DNA from: an uncultured bacterium | Lineage (GTDB): Bacteria > Patescibacteriota > Saccharimonadia > UBA4664 | Direction of reading: 5' to 3' | Length of the DNA stretch: 64,000 nucleotides | Assembly: GCA_963720265.1 (NCBI GenBank) | Contig: CAVRET010000001.1 | Span: forward strand, 325,916 to 389,915 | Shown: in pieces, positions 40,901 to 49,770 of the stretch | How the letters are laid out: each line of letters opens with the position of its first letter | Position numbering within the stretch: position 1 is the stretch's first letter | Notes under the pieces: generated by a model | Databases searched by the model: none | Seen by the model: the letters and a program-made list of their open reading frames with translations, nothing else | What the model was told of the DNA's origin: nothing | Program-made: the position numbers and the translations under genes

Positions 40901-43900
40901 CACATTCCCGTCGTTAACTGCTACTCAGACCGGCCAAATGTACTGGGGATACATGGGTGCCGAGCGTGTTGGGGCGGCCGGCAGTTACCCCGGTTTCTCG
41001 TACGTTCCTACCGGCTACCAGAATGTCATTGGCTACGATACAGATTTAGCTGAGGGTACGGTGTACACTCCGACAGCGTCCCAGTCGCCGGCCGGCACTT
41101 CGCTTGGCTCGGCGGTCATAATTTCGGTCACAGACGGTAACGCCCTGACGGTGAATGGGGCGGAGACCATTACCAACACAAACTCCATCAACGCCTTGCA
41201 GGTGCAAAACTCCGCCGGCACCAGCCTGCTGGGCATTGACACGGTTAACAGCCAGGAAACCATCGGCACCTCCGACACCACCACCTTCGGCAACACCTAC
41301 GATGCGGCTACCGCTCCCGAGGGCGGATTTGGCGCCGGCTACTACTGGGATGGCGTAAGCCAACAGGAACTCGTAGCGCAATCGTTTACGACTGCCGGAG
41401 GCGGGCCCTTATCTTCACTTTCGACTTATGTTGGCACCAACGGCATATCGAGTACCAACAAGCTTTACCAGATGGCAGTGTACTCTGACAACGCCGGCCA
41501 GCCGGGAACGTACATTGCGTCAACTGCCGTGGGCAATCTTGGTTCGTCAGCCGGTTGGAAAACCCTGCCCATTACGGCTACCTTGGCGTCGGACACGACC
41601 TATTGGCTCGTCTATTGGACGAACGTGAATGACAACAACAACAACGGTCAGGATATTATCAACACCTTGCGCGGTACATCCAATACCCAAATGTGGGGCA
41701 CTTATGAAAACTGGCAATGCTCGAGTGGTTGCGGGTCTAGTACCAATGGTATGCCAAATACCTATCCCACCAGCGGCAACAATACTACCAATGGCACCAT
41801 CGCCAGCATATATGCCACGTTCGCGAACAACTTGCCGGCATTGCAGATTGATTCCGCTGGCAATAGCATCCAGGATGGCACCGCTTTGTTCCAATCCCAA
41901 ACTGACTCTGACACCGCCTTGGTCGTCAATAACGCCGACGACCAGCCGGTACTGCAGGTGGCCACCACATTCAACGGCGTGGGCGTAGACTGCTCGCCGG
42001 ACGGGAACTACAACTTGACGGTGTGCGCCGGCGGCAATGGTAACGGCGGTGGTTTGTCTGACCTCGGCTATTCGTACCAGCTGCTGAACGTCCAGAACGA
42101 TGGCAACACATATTTGGGCGTCGACAGTATTAACGCCGATGTTCAATCGGGTGATTTGTCAGTAGGCAACTCGGTGAATAATCTCAACGGCCCCGGACTG
42201 TTGGTAAGCGACAACTTCGAGAGTGGGAACTTCAGCCTGTGGAGTGGCGGCTCATCCGGCGGTGAGTCCGTAACTACGTCTGAGGCTCACAGCGGCCGAT
42301 ACTCGGCCGAGACCAACGTGTCGAGCTCCACCGGCTATGCGCGTACCAGTTTCTCTTCTACCTCCACGACGTTTACTCTCAATGCCTGGGTCTGGGCACA
42401 CGTACTGCCAACGTCGGGTGAACTGCCATTGTTTACCTTGTACCAGGCGTCCACCCCAACCAACAAAGTCCAGCTGTACACGGATCAGAATGGATGCCTT
42501 GGCGTTATAAATGGTACGACCGACCTTGGCACAGACTCGTGCGGAACCTTTATTGGCGATGATGATTGGAACAACATCGCCATATCCATAAATCGCACTA
42601 CCGGTGAGATTGCACTCTACGCCGGCCTCGGTTATATGTACTACGGAGCTCAGGGATCAGACTATACCGGCCTCACTATCGGCTCGGGCTGGGACACGCT
42701 GGATATGGGTGTCACAAGCAGTAACACGGGGCAGTACTGGGTTGACGACCTGGCGTTTGGCACCGGCATTACGCCTTCTCTGGCCAACGGCCTCACCGTG
42801 CAAGATTCGCTTCACGCCAGTGGTAGCGCTACGTTCGGCGGCCAGGTTTTGGTGCAGCCGGCGTCGAACTCTGCCACCGCCTTCCAGGTCCAGAATGCCA
42901 GCGGCTACAGCGTATTGAGTGCCGACACTTCCAGCAACTCGGGGCAGGGCCAGGTGGTCTTGGGCAGTTCCAGCAATAATAATGGGACGCTGTTGTTTGA
43001 TAATTCGGCCGGTTCGAGCCAGGTGGGACTAGCTGTAACGTCGTCGAATACCAACACCTACACACTCGACCTGCCGATTGCCGTGCCTAGCACAAACCAG
43101 TGCCTGTTGTCCGGCTCAAGCACGCCGACACAGTTGACGTTCGGGTCGTGCGCTAGCGGGAGCGCGGGCATCAACAACCAAACCACGACCCAATCGAACG
43201 CCAACTTTAACATTCAATCGGCCGGGGCAGCGGACGTGGGCGGTGTTATTCAAGGTGCCAGCTCACAGACGGCCGACTTGCTTGACCTGCGCGATTCGGC
43301 TTCCGGCAACCTGGCAGTGGTGAGCGCGGCCGGCAACGAGGAGAGTTTGGGCTACATCGACAACGCCGGCATTGGCGGGATTGGCCAGTATGGAAACCTA
43401 CTGCTTGACAGCGAACAATTGGACCAAGGCGGCGTGTCGACGCCGCCTTGGTCGACCAACAGTGCGTCGTTGGTAGTAACTGCCAACAATACGACGGCAC
43501 CGGACGGCAATACCACAGCCGAGAAGCTCGCCGGTACTGGAAACGTGAACATTTCGCAATCTGAATCAACCTCCGCTGTCGCAACCACGTACACGTTTAG
43601 CGTGTGGTTGAAGCAGTCGAGTGGGGCGGGCACTAGCGGCTTGTGTATTTACAGCACCGCCGGCACTCCGTCGAGCTGTACGGCTACCGCGGTAACGCCC
43701 AATTCCACCGACTGGCAGCGGTTTAGCGTAACGCAAGCTGTAACCGGCAGCCCAACGGCGATTACGGCGGAGATTTTGCCGGGCAACGGCTCAACGGCCA
43801 CGATTTACGCCTGGGGCGCGCAGCTGGTGGTAGGCACGACTCCGGAAGTGTACACCCGCACTACGGCGGCGGCTGTTGCGGCTTCAAGCGGTGTGGTGAC

Positions 43901-46900
43901 GAACGGCGGTGTACTCATTAATAGCCTTAGCTCGAGCGACACCCCGGTTACCGTTAATAGCAGTACCGGCGTGAGTACGCTCAAGATTGCGGACAGCGGT
44001 GCGACAACGTTTAAATCGTCGACCAATTCCACCACCGCCTTCCAGATACAGAATGCATCAGGTGAGGCTTTGCTTACGGCCGACACTACCAATACGGCAC
44101 TAGTTCTGGGTCAGGACAATACGCCCACCGATCTCACCGTCCGCGGTGGCGCCGCCAGCGGGCCAAATGTGGATGGCGGCGACATTACCTTCCAAGCTTC
44201 TAACGGCACTGGTGCTGCCGGCTCTGGTTCGCTCATCTTCCAAACTGCTCCGCCGGCCGGCGGGGGTGTTACCGAAGACAATTCCGGGACCTCAACCGCC
44301 AGTGCGTGTTCAACAGCCACCCTTAGCTTCACTACCGGATCCGGCTCAAACCGCTTGCTGCTCGTCGGAGCCGAAACCGGCGCCGGCGAGACCTACACTG
44401 CCGTGACCTACAATGGTACCAGCATGACGCAGCTGTCAACGCAGGACAGCGGGACCACGCACATTGAGCTGTGGTATCTGCTAAACCCTGCGTCAGGGGC
44501 GCATAACATTGTTGGCACCCTATCATCGACCCTGCATGGCTGCACGCTCGACGCAGTCTCATATGCCAACGTCAACCAAGTAACGCCGTTTGGTACGGCT
44601 GCCACTAATAGCGGCACAACTACGGGTTTGCAATCCACGAGCAATACCGTCAGCACCACCAGCGCTGCTCAAGTGGTGTTTGATGTTTTGGGGGCAGACG
44701 TCAGTGAGTCGATTGCACCCGGATCGGGCCAGACACAATTAGTAAACTTCCCGGGCACCGGGGGCTTCTACCCGCTGGGGGAGTCCAGCGCTCCGGGCAC
44801 GGGCGCCGCCGTTAACATGAATTGGGCCGTTAACTCGGCCGATTGGGCCGACATTGGCGTACCCATCAACCCGGTTGCCAATTCCACCGCCGACACCCTG
44901 CAAACCGTTCTGGATCTGGCCAACACGGGTAATGTCGGCATCGACAATTCCAACCCTCAGGAAACGCTCGATGTCGCCGGTACCGCCAATTTCCAGAACA
45001 CCACCAACTCCACCACCGCTTTCCAAGTGCAGAATGCGAGTGGCGCCAACCTCTTGACCGCCGATACGACTAACAACCAGATCCTGCTCGGCTCCGATAC
45101 CAACCTGATCCTCTCGGGGACCACCGCCTACATATCCAACCCTCAGGGCTATGGCGACAGTGAGGCTTTCGGAGCTGGTGCGTCGGTCACCTCGAGTAAT
45201 GCCACCGCCGTCGGCTACAATGCTAGCTCCTATTATGATGGGGCAGCAGTCGGGGATAATGCGGCCGCGGGCGGCTATGGCGTTGCACTTGGATACGATG
45301 CTGCCGCCACCTATGTAGGCACAGCCGTCGGCTCGGAATCGGATGCATCTGGGAACTACAGTACGGCGGTCGGTGGTGGAGCAGTCGCAGGGTCAAATTA
45401 CGCGACTGCGTTAGGCTACCTGGCAGCCGCTAACTCGGCTGACAGTATTGCGCTGGGCGCCGGATCTGTTACTAGCAGCGCGAACCAACTGGTTATTGGC
45501 AGTTCCACTGCCAATGGCGCCTATATTCAAGATGCCTACATCGGTTCGGGTATATCGGACATTGCGCCGCAGAGCATTACCGTGCACGCCACCGGCGGCA
45601 GTGGCAGCAACGTGGCCGGTGCCAACCTTAGCCTGGCCGGGGGTATCGGCACCGGTAATGCCAACGGCGGCAATATTAATCTCCAAGTTGCCAAGCCGGG
45701 GGTCAGCGGCTCGAGCGCTAATACGCTTGCAACCGTTGCATCCATCAGCGGCCTCAATGGCTCAGCGTTATTCCAAAATTCCACCGACTCCACCGCGGCT
45801 TTCCAAGTGCAGAACGCGAGTGGCACAAACCTGTTGGGCGTCGATACGTTCGACAGCACCGTGAGTCTAGGAGAAGCCGGTTCGGTCGGCGGTTCCGTGT
45901 ACGGTAAGACGGACATCGGCGGAACGGCGGGCTTCGGCTACTACGATGGCACCAGCGATGTACTTGCCGCCCAGCAGTTTAAGGCCACTGGAGGCGGTAC
46001 CATCTCGTCGCTGTCAACCTACATTGGTATGGTCAAATCTTCGCCGAACAACCAGGGCCAGATGGCAATCTACGCGGATAACGGCAGTAACGCGCCGGGC
46101 AGCTACATTGCATCCACAGGCGTCCACACGCTCACGGCCAACAGCTGGAACACCTGGTCAATAACCGACGGCACCGCCTCGTTGACAACAGGTAGTGAGT
46201 ACTGGCTGGTATATTGGACAAATGACGATGCCATTGATGGGGACAATGCACAGTACCTTGATACAGGCCAAGCCGGCCAGTTAGGGTACCTTTCCGACTA
46301 TGGGTCAGGCGTTAGCTTCGGCACCGGGCCCAATAACGGCATGCCGGCGACGATCCCTGGCGGAACTGTGCTCTCGGGTGCCTACTTCAGCATCTATGCG
46401 ACCTATGGCGGCTCGACTGCCGTACCAGTTACTATTGGTGCTGACGGCAGTGTGACGGCGCTTGGGGCGGCCACGTTCGGAGATTACCTAGATTCCACCA
46501 CCGCCTTCCAGGTGCAGAATGCGGCTGGGGCCAATCTGCTCGGTATCGACACCTCAGGCGACAATGTTAACGTCGGCTCTACGGGATCCACGGCGCTGGC
46601 CGGTACTATCAACGTCGGCACCTCCACCGGTGCGGCCCAGACCGTCAACGTCGGCTCAAACGACGGGGCATCGGCGACCACAATTCAGGGCGGCACCGGC
46701 AACGTCAACGTACTTTCAACTGCGAACATTACTCTGGGGCAGACCAGTACCAATGCCGGCGGAACGCTGGGCTATACCGGTATTGGTTCCAACGGGAACG
46801 GTTGTAGCGGAGGTTGTAATATTACAGCGTCGATGTTTACAACCACTAGTGGCGGTACCGTTGGGACAATGTCGGTGTACGTTAGCTCCCCGGCCTCGGG

Positions 46901-49142
46901 CGATCATTACCAATTTGCCATCTATAGTGACAATGCCGGGTCGCCGAATACCTACATTGCGTCATCCGCTGTGGGTACCCTCACTTCGGTCGCGGGTTGG
47001 TACACGCTGCCCATTACAGCGACACTCGCACCCAGCACCACCTACTGGATAACGTACGCTGATAATAGTGGAAATGACGGCATTAATTACAATAGCGGCC
47101 CGGCCGGTTATTATGTTTGCAATACCACGTTCACTTTCCAGAGCGGCCCGGATAACGGTTTTCCGGCCTCCTACCCAGGGGGTGGCAGCTGTTATCCAAC
47201 CACCCAGGCCAGCATTTATGCAACTTTCAGTGGTGGTACGCAGTCGGCAGTAACGATTAACAGTCTCGGCAACCTCACCGATACCGGTACGGCCAACTTT
47301 GAGGATACAAACGATTCCACCACCGCTTTCCAGGTGCAAAACTCTTCGAACGCGGCGGTGCTGAATGTGGATACGACGAATCAGGCGCTTAGTGTGGAGG
47401 CGTCGAACTCCTCAAGCACCACGCCGACGCTTAATGTAATTCAATCGGGTACCGGCGACGCCACGCTTTCGATACAGGATGCGGGGGCGAATTTCTACCA
47501 AGGCGTAAATGCCAACAATGGCAATGCCTTCACGATTAACTCCCAGTACGCTGCCACGCACAACTCGGATCTGGGTGAAGATTTCGAGTCCAGCGTGCCA
47601 AACGGCGATGACCAAAACTCCAGCTGGGCTGAGGCAACCGAGTTTACCGCCAGTTCTACCGGGACAATGTCGTCAATCAATGTGGCCTTTGATAGTCGAA
47701 TTAACTCCAGCAGTGTATTTTCGGTCGCTGTTTACTCAAATAACGCCGGCGCACCGGGTACGCTGTTGGGTTCATACAGCGGCACCCAGGTGATTCAGGT
47801 TCCGAACCCGGGGACGCTAAACATCAACTGGAATAACATTACACTGAATTCACCGGTGAGCGTCACGAGCGGTACGATCTATTGGCTCGCCTTCCAGGTG
47901 AACGACTCTTCAACGTTTGATGGCATTACTACTGGCGGTTTAAGCGCGTATCGGAGCGGCATCACCCCCGGGACCTGGGCTAACTGGAGCAGTATGGGCA
48001 CGAGCCAAGGCAATAGTACGGTTATAAACGGCGTGTATGCGGTGATTGATTCCAGTACATTGAGCGATACGTACGCAAACGGGCTGTTTTCGCTATCAAC
48101 GGCGGGTGCCGCGACGTTCCAGGGTGTTGCCGACTCGACCTCGGCTCTGACAGTGAAGAATGCGTCGGGCATACAGGTACTTAATGTCGATACGGCCAAC
48201 AGCAGCATTACGGTTAATAGCGCGGTAAACTCACCGGTGGCGTTCCAGGTCCAGAATCAATCAAATAACGACATTTTGACGGTTGACACAACCGATTCAC
48301 GAGTGGAAGTGGGTCCGAGCGGCGGAGGCACAACCGCTACATTATTGGTGCTGGGCATAAAGACCAGTTCCGGCGACCCAGCCGGTGTGACAGGGGCGAT
48401 GTATTATAACTCGAATACGGGTACATTCCGGTGCTACCAGAACAGTGCGTGGGTGAACTGTATTGCCACCGGACTTGGATCGTACCAGGTGCTCACCAGT
48501 ACCTCTGCCAACAGCACCTATACCACACCGGCCAATACCAAAGCGATTATGGTTGAGATGTGGGGTAGCGGTTCGGCGGGTGGTGGTGGCGGAGGCACTA
48601 CGGGTGATGGAGCTGCCGGTGCAGGGGGTGGGGCCGGTGGATACGCCCGCAAGGTTATCGTGGGTCCGGCCTCAACCTATAAGTACACGATCGCGGCCGG
48701 CGGTACTGCAGGTACAGCGGGTAACAACGCCGGTAACGCTCCGGGTTCCGCGAACTGTTTCGGTACCAACTCGACCGCTTGCAGCTCGCCGATTATTAGC
48801 TGCGCCGCCTCCACAGGCGGCGCCGGCATGGCCGCCGGTACAACCAATGCGGGGAGTACCGGCGGAGCCGGAGGCGCATGCACTGGAGGCGATCTCAACA
48901 CTACCGGGGCAGCGGGGCGAAACGGCTCGAGATGGTCTCAGACCGTGGCCCTATCGGGAGGTGGCGGAGGTACCCTCTTTGGTGACGGCGGATCTGGTAT
49001 TGGGCTGCAAGGGACCGGTATTACCGCTGGTAGTACCGTCTACGGCGCGGGCGGCGGCGGGGGCGTAGTGATCAACAGCGCTACTGCTACGGCCGGAGGT
49101 GCTGGGGCACAGGGCGTGATTATCGTTTGGGAATTTAAGTAA
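34911..49142 (+). CDS. Giant mosaic surface fibre/adhesin 2 (4743 aa)
   Basis: Same N-domain as giant 1; about 14 spacer motifs; tandem CBM-like modules; YadA-head-like repeats; Gly-rich phage-fibre-like C-terminus (GGAGAQGVIIVWEFK). Confidence 0.9.
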   Translation: MRNWSLYGARTSRHVVQNMLRISLAFVAVGLVSVSLLTAGTARATSGTINDTMNFQGRLLTAAGAVVPDGNYNIEFKIYKNGDGQSTGDTTGSPSGTLLWTEDWLNNNSVTANTIPVVIKNGYFSVQLGSITTLPSTVTLDESVLWLSMTVAGSAGATSTSCTTFSACNSSGEPEMLPMKSLSAAPYAINAANANTLGGLTSSQFIQNTTSPQSSANIDIASGNAADPAAKLQQASSATAPVLTLELGGSPGVGGDLLDLQDSSTAVLDKFDSSGNLTLGNNSNKTISVAPAASGGGSSLTLMAGNGASGTNAGGNLILEAGASTGGAAGGSIIVKPQTDSTTAFQVENASGAALLTADAANTAIVLGQDTTPTNLTVRGGIASGSNVGGGNITFQASNGTGAAGSGSFVFQTAAPGGGITLDNTSYTGGSGNITLSFTTGSGSNRLLMVQAETNASRSFSGITYNGVSMTQVATENSLTNDDGVGAHVELWYLVNPASGTHNIVATMVGSGAGSLAAASFTNVNQTTPLGTAATGNGTASGTQQSSLSVATSAGQLVIDGIGTDVPSSGVGVDSPPASGQTQLWYSANSPSLYGAAGSTAPGTGSTVFMKWNVTNADWADIAVPINPASNSTADTLNNDLVIANSGNVGIDNSSPQNTLDVSGTARVQSTTNSATAFQVQDASGSSLLDVDTANTVVNVGTAGSTAVNVGGTAGSIGRTSIGSVQDVGANNLIVGYQYTAPSTGSIGSMSAYIGANVQSSPYNQYQFALYSDNGSNAPNAYLASSAVGTEAANTWNTLPISYSVTSGTKYWLVMWTNTTNSADNAPNGDTNVASSYVAYTTGQTFGSGPDNGFPATFPTPTYDASQYPDSVYASYNSTSGPAVTVSSTGTLGVYGSAIFESGSDSTTAFQIQNASAASLFNVDTSNDVVDVGATGTTGPSTTVNIGTSSNAAQTVNLGSTDGASATTIQGGTGNVSINTGAGSGSTGSITVESGNSSGGDSGNITVDTGTNSPGGTVVEDDTFEGSGTGSVDGYTNNDSSVTPTASNTTAHGGSYSLKLTEAGSYWYAFNAGTQSVTPGHVYAFSAWVKAASTSETMSGYLYWACGDDTYHAWGFATAVSSGWTQMTGTLTAPAVNSGCSPGTETVSMGITDNTFGGSSGEIQYLDDVTVTDESLITEPSVDIGTSNAQAVNIGGNNAGQYGPTTVEGGGGISLLAGTGASVNIGTSNSNNVTVGDASDIDSTTLQGGTLGVSINTGAQSGTTGAITLESGNSSGGDSGNVNIDTGTNSPGGTQVQDDTFEGSGSGSMDGYDNNDDGLSAISASNTTAHSGSYSLKVTESSAYWFANTSEDTTVTSGHVYAFSAWVKAASTGESIDANVYWGCSIGGIVQWGSATSTSSGWTQITGTATAPALYPGCIPGDEFAQLTFGGIAGTSGQIEYIDDATITDESSITEPSVNIGTLNAQAVNIGGNNAGQYGPTTVEGGGGISLLAGSGAPITIGTGNSNNVTVGDAYDEDATTLQGGSNGVSINTGDNYDGTGSISITTGNSTSDTAGNITIDTGTSTFSGSQVEDDDFETGTDTFGCWFGCVSATQSAAEAHGGSDSLAVAEDGSGSWGVIEGYPGVAATPGHEYAFTAWVRGTAAETVSADAFFPGSVGPGDTYDTVTDSTSGWTELTGDMTAPVGATNVYLGFTGGTAGGGATDYIDDITITDLGTVSAPNIAIGGTNAQQVTIGNENEGGYTSIYGGGDGISLQTSNGGTVALGTVNQSNISIGAVGSSTEDDVVQIDDTSGGGTSIVDIGGTATNDGSDTASTVNIQGGQTGLVVANAGATLQTYTDSTTALQVQNSSGGDVLNVDTTDGQVTAGNTNTARAEQEWDSHGTNQATLSDAPQADGDLLMLAVSIPSTSVTVSSVSGGGVSSWSNATSYTDSTVGYRTEIWEGTVTGAGAGTITVNYSSTPGGGCELAAQEFSAGVGAGWSVVATGHAVNSSSTTVTFPSLTATQTGQMYWGYMGAERVGAAGSYPGFSYVPTGYQNVIGYDTDLAEGTVYTPTASQSPAGTSLGSAVIISVTDGNALTVNGAETITNTNSINALQVQNSAGTSLLGIDTVNSQETIGTSDTTTFGNTYDAATAPEGGFGAGYYWDGVSQQELVAQSFTTAGGGPLSSLSTYVGTNGISSTNKLYQMAVYSDNAGQPGTYIASTAVGNLGSSAGWKTLPITATLASDTTYWLVYWTNVNDNNNNGQDIINTLRGTSNTQMWGTYENWQCSSGCGSSTNGMPNTYPTSGNNTTNGTIASIYATFANNLPALQIDSAGNSIQDGTALFQSQTDSDTALVVNNADDQPVLQVATTFNGVGVDCSPDGNYNLTVCAGGNGNGGGLSDLGYSYQLLNVQNDGNTYLGVDSINADVQSGDLSVGNSVNNLNGPGLLVSDNFESGNFSLWSGGSSGGESVTTSEAHSGRYSAETNVSSSTGYARTSFSSTSTTFTLNAWVWAHVLPTSGELPLFTLYQASTPTNKVQLYTDQNGCLGVINGTTDLGTDSCGTFIGDDDWNNIAISINRTTGEIALYAGLGYMYYGAQGSDYTGLTIGSGWDTLDMGVTSSNTGQYWVDDLAFGTGITPSLANGLTVQDSLHASGSATFGGQVLVQPASNSATAFQVQNASGYSVLSADTSSNSGQGQVVLGSSSNNNGTLLFDNSAGSSQVGLAVTSSNTNTYTLDLPIAVPSTNQCLLSGSSTPTQLTFGSCASGSAGINNQTTTQSNANFNIQSAGAADVGGVIQGASSQTADLLDLRDSASGNLAVVSAAGNEESLGYIDNAGIGGIGQYGNLLLDSEQLDQGGVSTPPWSTNSASLVVTANNTTAPDGNTTAEKLAGTGNVNISQSESTSAVATTYTFSVWLKQSSGAGTSGLCIYSTAGTPSSCTATAVTPNSTDWQRFSVTQAVTGSPTAITAEILPGNGSTATIYAWGAQLVVGTTPEVYTRTTAAAVAASSGVVTNGGVLINSLSSSDTPVTVNSSTGVSTLKIADSGATTFKSSTNSTTAFQIQNASGEALLTADTTNTALVLGQDNTPTDLTVRGGAASGPNVDGGDITFQASNGTGAAGSGSLIFQTAPPAGGGVTEDNSGTSTASACSTATLSFTTGSGSNRLLLVGAETGAGETYTAVTYNGTSMTQLSTQDSGTTHIELWYLLNPASGAHNIVGTLSSTLHGCTLDAVSYANVNQVTPFGTAATNSGTTTGLQSTSNTVSTTSAAQVVFDVLGADVSESIAPGSGQTQLVNFPGTGGFYPLGESSAPGTGAAVNMNWAVNSADWADIGVPINPVANSTADTLQTVLDLANTGNVGIDNSNPQETLDVAGTANFQNTTNSTTAFQVQNASGANLLTADTTNNQILLGSDTNLILSGTTAYISNPQGYGDSEAFGAGASVTSSNATAVGYNASSYYDGAAVGDNAAAGGYGVALGYDAAATYVGTAVGSESDASGNYSTAVGGGAVAGSNYATALGYLAAANSADSIALGAGSVTSSANQLVIGSSTANGAYIQDAYIGSGISDIAPQSITVHATGGSGSNVAGANLSLAGGIGTGNANGGNINLQVAKPGVSGSSANTLATVASISGLNGSALFQNSTDSTAAFQVQNASGTNLLGVDTFDSTVSLGEAGSVGGSVYGKTDIGGTAGFGYYDGTSDVLAAQQFKATGGGTISSLSTYIGMVKSSPNNQGQMAIYADNGSNAPGSYIASTGVHTLTANSWNTWSITDGTASLTTGSEYWLVYWTNDDAIDGDNAQYLDTGQAGQLGYLSDYGSGVSFGTGPNNGMPATIPGGTVLSGAYFSIYATYGGSTAVPVTIGADGSVTALGAATFGDYLDSTTAFQVQNAAGANLLGIDTSGDNVNVGSTGSTALAGTINVGTSTGAAQTVNVGSNDGASATTIQGGTGNVNVLSTANITLGQTSTNAGGTLGYTGIGSNGNGCSGGCNITASMFTTTSGGTVGTMSVYVSSPASGDHYQFAIYSDNAGSPNTYIASSAVGTLTSVAGWYTLPITATLAPSTTYWITYADNSGNDGINYNSGPAGYYVCNTTFTFQSGPDNGFPASYPGGGSCYPTTQASIYATFSGGTQSAVTINSLGNLTDTGTANFEDTNDSTTAFQVQNSSNAAVLNVDTTNQALSVEASNSSSTTPTLNVIQSGTGDATLSIQDAGANFYQGVNANNGNAFTINSQYAATHNSDLGEDFESSVPNGDDQNSSWAEATEFTASSTGTMSSINVAFDSRINSSSVFSVAVYSNNAGAPGTLLGSYSGTQVIQVPNPGTLNINWNNITLNSPVSVTSGTIYWLAFQVNDSSTFDGITTGGLSAYRSGITPGTWANWSSMGTSQGNSTVINGVYAVIDSSTLSDTYANGLFSLSTAGAATFQGVADSTSALTVKNASGIQVLNVDTANSSITVNSAVNSPVAFQVQNQSNNDILTVDTTDSRVEVGPSGGGTTATLLVLGIKTSSGDPAGVTGAMYYNSNTGTFRCYQNSAWVNCIATGLGSYQVLTSTSANSTYTTPANTKAIMVEMWGSGSAGGGGGGTTGDGAAGAGGGAGGYARKVIVGPASTYKYTIAAGGTAGTAGNNAGNAPGSANCFGTNSTACSSPIISCAASTGGAGMAAGTTNAGSTGGAGGACTGGDLNTTGAAGRNGSRWSQTVALSGGGGGTLFGDGGSGIGLQGTGITAGSTVYGAGGGGGVVINSATATAGGAGAQGVIIVWEFK
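38493..39385 (+). repeat. Identical 65-bp direct repeat (38493-38557 and 39321-39385) within 828-bp-period diverged coding repeats
   Basis: ggcggcaacaacgctggccagtacggccccacaacagttgaaggcggcgggggcattagtttact occurs twice. Confidence 0.9.
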
Positions 49143-49155
49143 GGCAGGCCGCCGT

Positions 49156-49770
49156 CTATTTGCTGAGCGACTGGATGATCGCACTTAAGCTGGGGCTTGA
49201 CGAGCTGGTTGTTGCGCTGAGATTTATCAGCGTGGTGCTCGTTAATACCATTGCCAGGGGAAGATTTGATGGGCCGGTTCCCTGTACGGCTTGACCAACT
49301 GGTGTGGTGACGGTGTGAAAATTGGCGGGTAGCGTCAGCGAACCGCCAGCTGAAATTCCCGCTGGTACTTGGACCTGTTGGGGTTGGGTGAGGGCCGAAA
49401 GATTCGGCGGGTTGGCCGGCTTTGTTTGCTCAGATATCTCGATCGTGGCGTTGGCCGAGCGGAGTGAGAAGAACACCACGCCATTTTGCAATGTCGGCGA
49501 AGCGGTGTCGAAGTGCCAGCCGGCCGGCAGCGGGCGCGGGTAGTAGATCGGGCAGTCGGCGAGCTTTACGATGGCCGACGGCGGGCCAGGCAGGTTGCTT
49601 ATGGCATACCAGCCGATTAGTGCTATGGCGCCGCTGGCAGCTGTAATGCCGGCTGCAAATAATATATGGCGTATTGAGGGCAAGAATCGTTTGCTAGGCC
49701 GGCGTCGAAGGACGCGCAGGCGCTGTTCAAGCTCGTCGGGGCCGCGCTCGGGAATAAAACGTTCAATCAT
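49156..49770 (-). CDS. Single-TM exported partner protein (MIERFIPERGPDELEQRL), paralog of 33114..33719
   Basis: Start ATG 49770; TGCTAAAAT extended -10-like motif just upstream; the longer ORF overlaps tRNAs. Confidence 0.8.
   Translation of the reverse strand: MIERFIPERGPDELEQRLRVLRRRPSKRFLPSIRHILFAAGITAASGAIALIGWYAISNLPGPPSAIVKLADCPIYYPRPLPAGWHFDTASPTLQNGVVFFSLRSANATIEISEQTKPANPPNLSALTQPQQVQVPAGISAGGSLTLPANFHTVTTPVGQAVQGTGPSNLPLAMVLTSTTLINLSATTSSSSPSLSAIIQSLSK

Noticed and set aside
17654-49142. Prophage
   Set aside because: Only fibre- and spike-like domains are present; no capsid, terminase, portal, integrase or lysis genes, and the giants have Sec-type signal peptides.
19724-49142. 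Numerous short antisense and alternate-frame ORFs inside the giant genes and the r-protein operon
   Set aside because: Expected shadows of biased Thr/Gly/Ser/Ala codon usage, with no independent motifs.
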